Below the pieces are notes generated by a model. That model did no database searches. It was not told the DNA's origin and saw only the letters and a list, made by a program, of their open reading frames with translations. 64,000 nucleotides of DNA from Octopus vulgaris (lineage: Eukaryota). Position numbers and translations under genes: made by a program. Location: NCBI GenBank assembly GCA_951406725.2, contig OX597823.1:50778001-50842000 (forward strand). The letters are read 5' to 3'. Below are positions 55,690 through 64,000 of the stretch, piece by piece (position 1 is the stretch's first letter; each line of letters starts with the position of its first letter).

Positions 55690-56045
55690 AATGAACAATA
55701 ACAGACTCTGGATAATTGCCAGCTCATTACACCTGTTTCTTACGCATCTTTAAATAGAAGAATGATAACATTACTCCATTACAAAAAGCTGTAGCCATCA
55801 GATAAGACGTAATTTTACAAGCAAAAGAATGTCCCAAGAATACAGCAGGGACGTGGCTGAAGTCTGTCGAGGCTAACTAACGTCCCATCTGTATTCTTGG
55901 GATATTCTTTTGCTTGTAAAATTACGGTTGATCTGATGATTATGGTTTCTTGTAATGAAATATCGTTCTCATTCTATTTCAAATGTGTAAGAAGCAATTG
56001 TAATGAGCTGACAATTATCCAACATCACGTCCGTTGTTATTCATT
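55690..56045. mobile_element. Palindromic foldback MITE-like element
   Basis: TGGATAATTGCCAGCTCATTAC/GTAATGAGCTGACAATTATCCA and CGTAATTTTACAAGCAAAAGAAT.TCCCAAGAATACAG/CTGTATTCTTGGGATATTCTTTTGCTTGTAAAATTACG arms surround a ~25 nt loop. Confidence 0.8.
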
Positions 56046-56046
56046 T

Positions 56047-56082
<36 letters not shown>

Positions 56083-57873
56083 TAGATAGATGTATGTGTG
56101 TGTATATATACGTACACATAGACTGGCACACATATTCACAAGCACATTGTATATTTGTATATTTAGGTGCGTCTTACCACTAAGAAATATATAAAAAAAA
56201 ATCACTGGATATAGTTAACTTCTAAATTGTTGTCTAGTTCCTAAGATACGGTTTCGTTTGAGTGTTAGAAAAAAAACTTGTCACATATGTCTGTGGCCAG
56301 CTCAGTTGTTTTGTTGTCTGCATCGCATTCTTTTTATATATTCCCTATTAGCAATGTTGCTAAGCATCATATATATGTTGCTAATTGCATATATGTGTTA
56401 TGTTATACAATATAAATAAGGAAAACAAAGACCACACTTTCCCAGGCAAACACGCACACTCATCCAGATTGATGTTCTCTACTAAAAAAAAAAGAAGAAC
56501 ATAAAACAACATCTACCAAACACACATAAAAACTAAAACCAGAATGCAAATATGTTTAGCGACATACAAATTGTGGAAAAGAAATCGGTTGACCAGCTCT
56601 CGTGTAATTGTGTCACTCATAAGAGTGACAAAACATCAAAAATAAAAATAAAAACGAAAGATACCAACAAATTATTAAACGTTTTGTTAGCAAACGCAAG
56701 AAACTAATATTTGTCCCCAGATAAAATTTTAATTAGAGACATTTGCTACTGTATCCTCGGACCGATTAAAGCCTTGTGAGTGTATTTGGTAGACAGAAAC
56801 TGAAAGTAGCCCGTGATGTATGTGTGCATTCACATATAACTATGTGTGTCTTTTGTGCGTGTGGTCGTCCCCCACTGCTACTTGACAATCGGGATGGTGT
56901 GCTTACGTCCCTGTAACTTATTCGTTCGACTTGAGGGAACGATATAATATGTACAAGACTTAAAAATGATTAGTGGGGCCGATTCGCTCGACAAAAATTC
57001 TTCAAAGCGCTTCTCCAGCTTCACCGCAGTCTAACGATTAAAACAAGTGGGAGATGTAAAAAATACTGAATCTCTGCATTCATCTCAGAATACATTAAAT
57101 AATGGGTTTCTTATTTTTATAAATAAGAATATTTCGTTTATCGTCTCTGCATAAATAGTAAATATTTCTCAAAGCTCATGTATGTATTCTCACTTGGAGA
57201 ATTCTACCAAACAGCACAATACGCGAACAGCTTAGAGCAATATAAATTTATACGCTGTTATGTTGTATAGCTGAATTAAAATCGGTTCGAGGAAAATATA
57301 TTAAAATATACTAGGGGTATATACAGTTAGTATATGGAGTTAGTATCTGTGAGTTTATTAGAAACTCAAACAGAATCTTCTTCAACCGGAGGACATATAA
57401 ACAATATTTGGAGTAAATGCAGTGAACCGAGTTATACAGACCTGCCCGACGGACAGTGTAAAACATTGATAGTTAATATTAAGTTGAAATATCAATAAAT
57501 TCAAATCTTTTCTTTCTGTGCTTTGACAACCAGCAGCAAAATGCATCAACATGCTTTGGTTTAAGTAATATATGGAGATGTAAATTATCAATATTTTTCA
57601 AAATATGATTACTAGAAAATGTTTTTGGCAGAATTTTTACAAAGAATTGGACAGACAAGTAGCTTAGAGTAATAACGTTAGTACAATGCTATGGAGTGTA
57701 AGTGAATTAAAAACAACTCAAGGCAAATATATATAAAATAAATATATATTACAGTCCCGGAACCTGTATGTGAAATTGGTAACTAGCTGTTATTATGACA
57801 CGAAACACCTTGTTCAGCCGGAGGACGAGTGTAAGATATTTGATTTGAATTAAGTAACACAGTCATTTACATA

Positions 57874-57916
<43 letters not shown>

Positions 57917-58588
57917 GCGTGTGCGTGTGTGTGTGTGTGTGTATGTGTGTGTGTGTGAGAAAGCGTGTGACCTAGAAGTTAAGCTTTCGCACCCACAATC
58001 GCTCGATCATGGGTTCCATTTCCGGACCTGGCCATGCGTTATGTTCTTGAGTAAAAACGCTTCACTTCATGTTGCTCTGCAGATGGGAAAGAGGCAAACT
58101 CGTTGGCGCGTTGACAGAAATACTTTACGATATATCTCCCGGCCCTCTACATTCTGAGTTCAAATCCCACATGCCTGGAAAAGGGAACGGGAAACTACTT
58201 CAGAATTCATTCATAACCGAAGTTCCAGTAATCTATCTAACTGCGACAGCAGAAGGTACCGGTTCTCTCGGGTCGTATAGAGAGTGCTGCAGAAGGTTCA
58301 CATGCACAAGGGCAGACCACCGCTAGAAATATCTGTGTGCATGTAGTTTGTGTGTATACATGTGCAATTCTTCATTTAGTGGCTACACATCTATATACGT
58401 TACTCGGAGATATCTTCTTATTAAAACTTGATATGTGTCAGCTACGAAGTTCTAAGCCATTGAGCTTTACTGCTTATAAATGAAGAAATACATATGTTCA
58501 ACTCTCTGTACTACGATCTATTTCACTATTTGTACCACCAAAATCTTCTCTTCCATAGAAATATCTATCTGTCTGTCTGTCAATTTCC

Positions 58589-58633
<45 letters not shown>

Positions 58634-59013
58634 GAGAGAGAGAGGGCGGTTTGGTGCTACAAACAGAGATATATATACACTTCCACACACTTGTATATAT
58701 GTATATTTACTACACACTATACATACGTACGTATATACATACATGCATTCACACATCCATAAATATATATATGTATGAAGGCATGCATGTGCGTATGCAT
58801 GAATGTACGTATCCATGTATATTGTTAGCATTCGTATATTTGGTGTAACATCAATTAACTCTCCCCTCAAAAAAAAACAAAACAAAACAAAGTATTGTCT
58901 CGAAACTAATTCATTACTGTACAGAAAAGGACATAAACAAAGCAACACCGGTTGTTAAGGGATGGGAGACAAACATACTAACATATGCATGGTGTATTCT
59001 CTCTCTCTCTCTG

Positions 59014-59071
<58 letters not shown>

Positions 59072-59724
59072 TTTATTCTTTTACTTATTCCAGTCATTTG
59101 ACAGCGGCCATTCTGGAGCACTGCCTTTAGGCGAACAAATTGACCCCAAGACTTATTCTTTGTAAGTCTAGTACTTATATCATCGGTCTCTTATGCCAAA
59201 TCGCCAAGTTACGAGGGACGTAAACACACCCAACATCGGTTGTCAAGCGATGGCGGGAGAACTATATATATATATATATAATTTCATACCATTTAGAAGA
59301 CACTTGACCAAAATCCCAAGAAATGGTTTCGAACACCGAAACCAGGTAGGTGGTTGTGAAAAGAAGTTTCAACGAAGTTTTTAAACACAGTCGTCTCTGC
59401 TTTATCTTATATGTATGTATGCACGTAAGCACGTATGTATGCCTGTATTATTTATGCATACAATCAACCGTGTATGTATGCATGCATGCGTGTATCTATG
59501 TACGCATGCATTCATGTATCCATGTGTGCATATATGTATGTATGAATGTATGCATGCATTTATGGCTGTATGCATGTATTTATGTATGTATGCATGCATG
59601 TATCTATGTATGCATCTATGTACGTATGTATGTATGTTCTCATTTTAATTTAGATTTAATTTTGATCAATTGCTTGTTAGCAAGGTTGTGAAAGAAAGCA
59701 TCTTGTTTTGACCCTCATTTAAAT

Positions 59725-60470
59725 CTTTAGAAAATCCTGCAGATTCTTAGCGTCCCAGATATCATGATCATTTATAGTGTATGAATTTAGGATTTGCGTT
59801 CTTTCCACAATAGCCCATGCTTAACCATACTTGGCTCCAGACGGGTTGGTACGTATTCCGTTGCACCAATAATAGTTATGTAGCTGAACGCGTTATCTTG
59901 GGTAGTGGATTTGCTATCTCCTTATCAATGTTCCATACATGCCCTCTTTCTCTTGTGTCCAGAGGGCAGCTGATTCTCTCAACAGAACGCCTTTTGTGGT
60001 CTCACACAGCTACATCCGGCCAGTTGTATTGTAACTTGTTGGTAGTTTGAATTTTTAAGTTCCAGCGATATTCTTTTGACCCATCGTTCTCAATATGGTC
60101 AACTTCGTCTGGAGGAATTTTCTCTTTTGTTATCTTGTTCTAGACTGTTGTGGCCACCGCTTTATGCCTCATAGGAAGATAATATCTGGAAGGTATTCTC
60201 TCGCAGTTGGCAATAATGTGGTTGATGTCTTCAGTTTCCGTCTTGTGCAACCTACATTTATTGTCTGTCAATGTTTTATTTCTTCTATGCTGTAAGTACT
60301 TGGGAATCTTTTGTTGTTGGATTGCACGGATGTAGCCTTCGAAGTGGGATGTCATAAATTTGTCGGTATTCTCTGCCAAGCTTTTGACATGATTAATCCC
60401 TTCTATGGTTTGTATTTTTCGTGCCAAGTACCTACGCACTATCTACTCGTTGAACTTTGTCCATTTCCCT
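59725..60470 (-). mobile_element. Dong/R4-type LINE 3' remnant (second family member)
   Basis: EGYIRAIQQQ...KCRLHKTETEDINHIIANC...YLPMRHKAVA, then NWPDV and GTLRICRIF. Confidence 0.8.
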
Positions 60471-62741
60471 TTTTATTTTGTTCTGATAAATAGATTTTAA
60501 CACTACTCCTCGGGGAGAGATCTGTATCAGCTCTTATCTTCATATCTCTCCTCAAGTTCATTAACTAACCTAATTACGCCTGTCTGTCTGTCTGTCTGTC
60601 TGTATGTATGTATGTATGTGTTGTGTGCAAAAAAGGGTATATCTTTTTACCTAAGTAGAGAATATTATTCCTTTTGATAACGAGTGTGTGGCCGTTCACC
60701 ATGTTAGTAATGGCAGTGCGAACTCCCTCTAATCGTATATTCTGTCCTTAAAAGTTTCGGACACAATAGATAGTGTAGTATTCCGAGTATACTTTAAATA
60801 GGAAGAATGGCTAAGATTGAAATACTTTTGAGCTTAGTCTGCTAGAACAAGACAGACTTGGAACTAGACTACAAGAATAGCAGCAGAAGCAACAACAACA
60901 ACGACAACGCATAGTCACATGTGTAGAATCTACATATTAGGAAAACAAACTGCACTGTGGCAAAACATTCTCATTCAGATTTAATATCGTAAAACAACAA
61001 TGAAAACTAACATTTTGAAGCATTTTCCATAGATTTTTCATTTGAATAAAGTGTGTAAACAACAACCATCTTAAGTCTGATATTTAAATTGGATGAGTGT
61101 TTAATAATATCGATTGTTCTGATAACTATATTGTTTTGAAGATGCCTGGGGATAAAATGATCTACGTTTAGTATTTCTGACATTTGGATTTCTATTCTAG
61201 TTATCAAATCTGTCTCTTTATTCTTTTATCTAGAGTATTATTTTAAGGAGCATATAGGTCGATCTTTATGGAAATGAAAACGTTTATAAAAGCGTTTAAA
61301 GAAAGTGTTTTCTGTACACGTTTTTGACATTTGTAGAAATATTGCATGTTTCGAATCTGCAAACATGTGATAAGCATGGAATATTTGAAGAACGTGACAG
61401 CTAATACTGTTATAAAACATTTATGTCGCTAATGCACTTGCGAAAGCCATGAACATTGTAATTCCCATTTTCTCACCTTTTGAAAAATCTTAGCTCCAGG
61501 TTTAAAATTCTTAGCTTATATGATCTAAAGAAGCTGATGGAAGCCTATTAATTTTCTCAGAAACTTTAAGACAGAAGCACAAAAATTTGAGCCTGGAAGC
61601 GGATATGCACTTATATACCAACTATCTGTTTCAATTTAACTGTTGCGGATTAATCTATGATTTAGATTTAGAAAAAAACTCTAAATACAACAAACATATG
61701 AAAGAGAATAAAATTTGTGTACCAAGAGGTAAGCCATATCTAAAAAGGGATGGCCGCAAACTAACAAGAGTTTCTTATTGTACTGCTTTCGATTCTCTGG
61801 TTTCCAAACTTACTTTCTTTTTTTTTTTTCCTTCTTCAACCTTACTGTTGTATTTATTTTCGAATATCTTCTGATAAAGAAATATTTAACAAACATTTTG
61901 ATCGAAATGTTCCGCCAATATCCTTACTTCACTTTATTTCACTGTCATGCTTTTTATCCTCCTTGCTTATGTTCTTTTTCTCGTGTATCTTCTGCACCAA
62001 ACATTGTCACATAGCAAAGTAATAAGTTACCGCTGAATTCTTTTATATTTTAAGAATGTGTACGGTCTATTTTGCTATTCAATCACAACACAAACGACTT
62101 TATATCATGAAGCGGATTGTATGATTCAAACTTGGAGATTTGCACTTACATGCTAAATGCTGATTCATTGGAATCTGGCTCTTAGTAAACATTTTCTATA
62201 CGAAATTTTCAACACAGAATACTAAGCAATGCACAGATCTTAGAAGAAATTTCTAGAACACTCTTGATACCAAGATTTGTATATGTACGGGAATGTAAAC
62301 TGCGGTAGATCTCATTGCAGATTGTATTCTCATGTGAATGCGTGTTCAGCTATTGCCATACGCGCGCGCGCGCGTGCACGCACACAAACAAACAGACAAA
62401 AACACGCGCGCTCACATGCACACGTATTTATATACAAGTACATGCAAACATACATATAGAAGGAGACGCACTCAATTTTTACATGCATTAGTATATATGT
62501 TTATTTGTATTTATATTTGGTGGATATTCTTGAATATACATATACATATACATACACAAACACATACACACACACACAAATATATATATATATATGTATG
62601 TATATGTATATATATATATATATGTATATAAGGTTATATATATATATATATATATATAAATGGGATAAAATAAAATCCGGGAAGATATCAATAAAGCACT
62701 GTGTTAAATGCACTTTGTTTACAATGTTCAACAATCAGATA

Positions 62742-62952
62742 CTCTCTCTTTTACTTGTTTCAGTCATTTGACTGTGGCCATACTGGAGCACCGCCTTTAG
62801 TCGAACGAATCGACTACAGGACTTATTCTTTGTAAGCCTAGTACTTATTCTATCGGTCTCTTTTGCCGAACCGCTAAGTTACGTGGATGTGAACACACCA
62901 GCATCAGTTGTCAAGCGATGTTGGATGGACAAACAGAGACACACAAACATAG

Positions 62953-62984
<32 letters not shown>

Positions 62985-62997
62985 GTCTATATATATA

Positions 62998-63041
<44 letters not shown>

Positions 63042-63675
63042 CATACATATAGCAATAATTAAGGGTTTAGCAAGAAAACTTTGCAAAGGGTAAGTTTTCT
63101 AGCATTTTTTAAATTTATAACTATCGGAATATTATGTTGATAAGGAAATGAGTTTTATAACTCTAATCCAGAAACGCGTCCATAATTAACCGAAGACTGT
63201 TTGATTTCATTATTTTCCTTCTTTTTTTGCCTGTGTGAGTTACAGAGAGGGTTGTCTGTGGAGTCATATTTTGTAGCGAAAAGAAATAACGGTCTTTTGG
63301 CTGCTATTTCTAAATTTTTCGGTATGTGGTTAAGCAACTCGTTGCTAAACACTTAATCATTGTTATAATTATATATAAAACTTCTTGTATAAGTTTTTAC
63401 CGAATATGGTTCCTTTCCATACCGAAACTACTTGGTGAAATTTATTAATTATAAATTAATAATTTTTTACCCTATATCTATAATAAATATATATGAATAT
63501 ATACATATACGATGGGCTTCTTTCAGTTTCCGTCCACCAAATCCACTCACAAGGCTTTGGTCGGTCCGAGGCTATAGTAGAAGAAACTTGCCCAGGGTAC
63601 CATGCAGTGGGACTGAACCCGGAACCATGTGGTTCGTAAGCAAGCTACTTACCACACAGCCACTCACACGCCTAT
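62742..63675 (-). mobile_element. SINE family A split by a ~500 bp insertion in its central microsatellite
   Basis: Tail half at 62742-62960 and head half at ~63508-63675, collinear and on the same strand. Confidence 0.75.
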
Positions 63676-64000
63676 ACCAATAAATGCTCGTAGAATAAAC
63701 ATTCAAAGTAATTCCTCGTGTATGACAAGGAAGTCTAAATATCGTTTACAAGAATTTCAAGAAATTTGGAGTATAAAACAACAAAAATAAGAATGGAGAA
63801 TATCACATCTTTTAATTGGTGATTACACCACACAATACCGACAATTGTTTCTGTTGTGTCAACATATTCAGATACAGAAAATATAAAGTAAAATTAATAT
63901 ATCTGAAAATATATGCTAACACACACACAGTTCCATGCAACGTAAAGTTTCGTAGATTTGCAGAAGGAACATGGCTATCCTCGTTCTGAGAGCATACGAA

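Noticed and set aside
61587-61874. FQFNCCG resembling the tetraspanin CCG motif
   Set aside because: There is no AG acceptor at the expected place (TTTCAA), no other tetraspanin exon is recognisable, and the match is only a few residues.

Overview
This is AT-rich eukaryotic (animal) DNA with a very high load of microsatellites ((TA)n, (CA)n, (TACA)n, (TAA)n, (TAGA)n). The SINE families and repeat landscape most resemble a coleoid cephalopod (Octopus-like) intron or intergenic region; that assignment is an inference. I find no confidently supportable host protein-coding gene, and almost all listed ORFs are translations of microsatellites. The window is a mosaic of decayed transposons: a Penelope-like RT/GIY-YIG fragment, a Helitron fragment, a nearly full-length DD34E Tc1 element, several other Tc1/mariner remnants, Dong/R4-type, CR1-type and I-type LINE remnants, and three or more tRNA-derived SINE families. 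The most interesting signal is a set of about 11 minimal type I hammerhead ribozyme (HHR) motifs in four non-coding repeat families. These include (i) a tRNA-headed, SINE-like unit carrying an HHR, present as a head-to-head pair with a compensatory stem II change; (ii) a five-copy family with a fixed non-canonical A6U core and a freely varying N7; and (iii) a 3.8 kb inverted-repeat element with an HHR in each arm and a multi-hairpin centre. Repeat boundaries were read by eye and are approximate.
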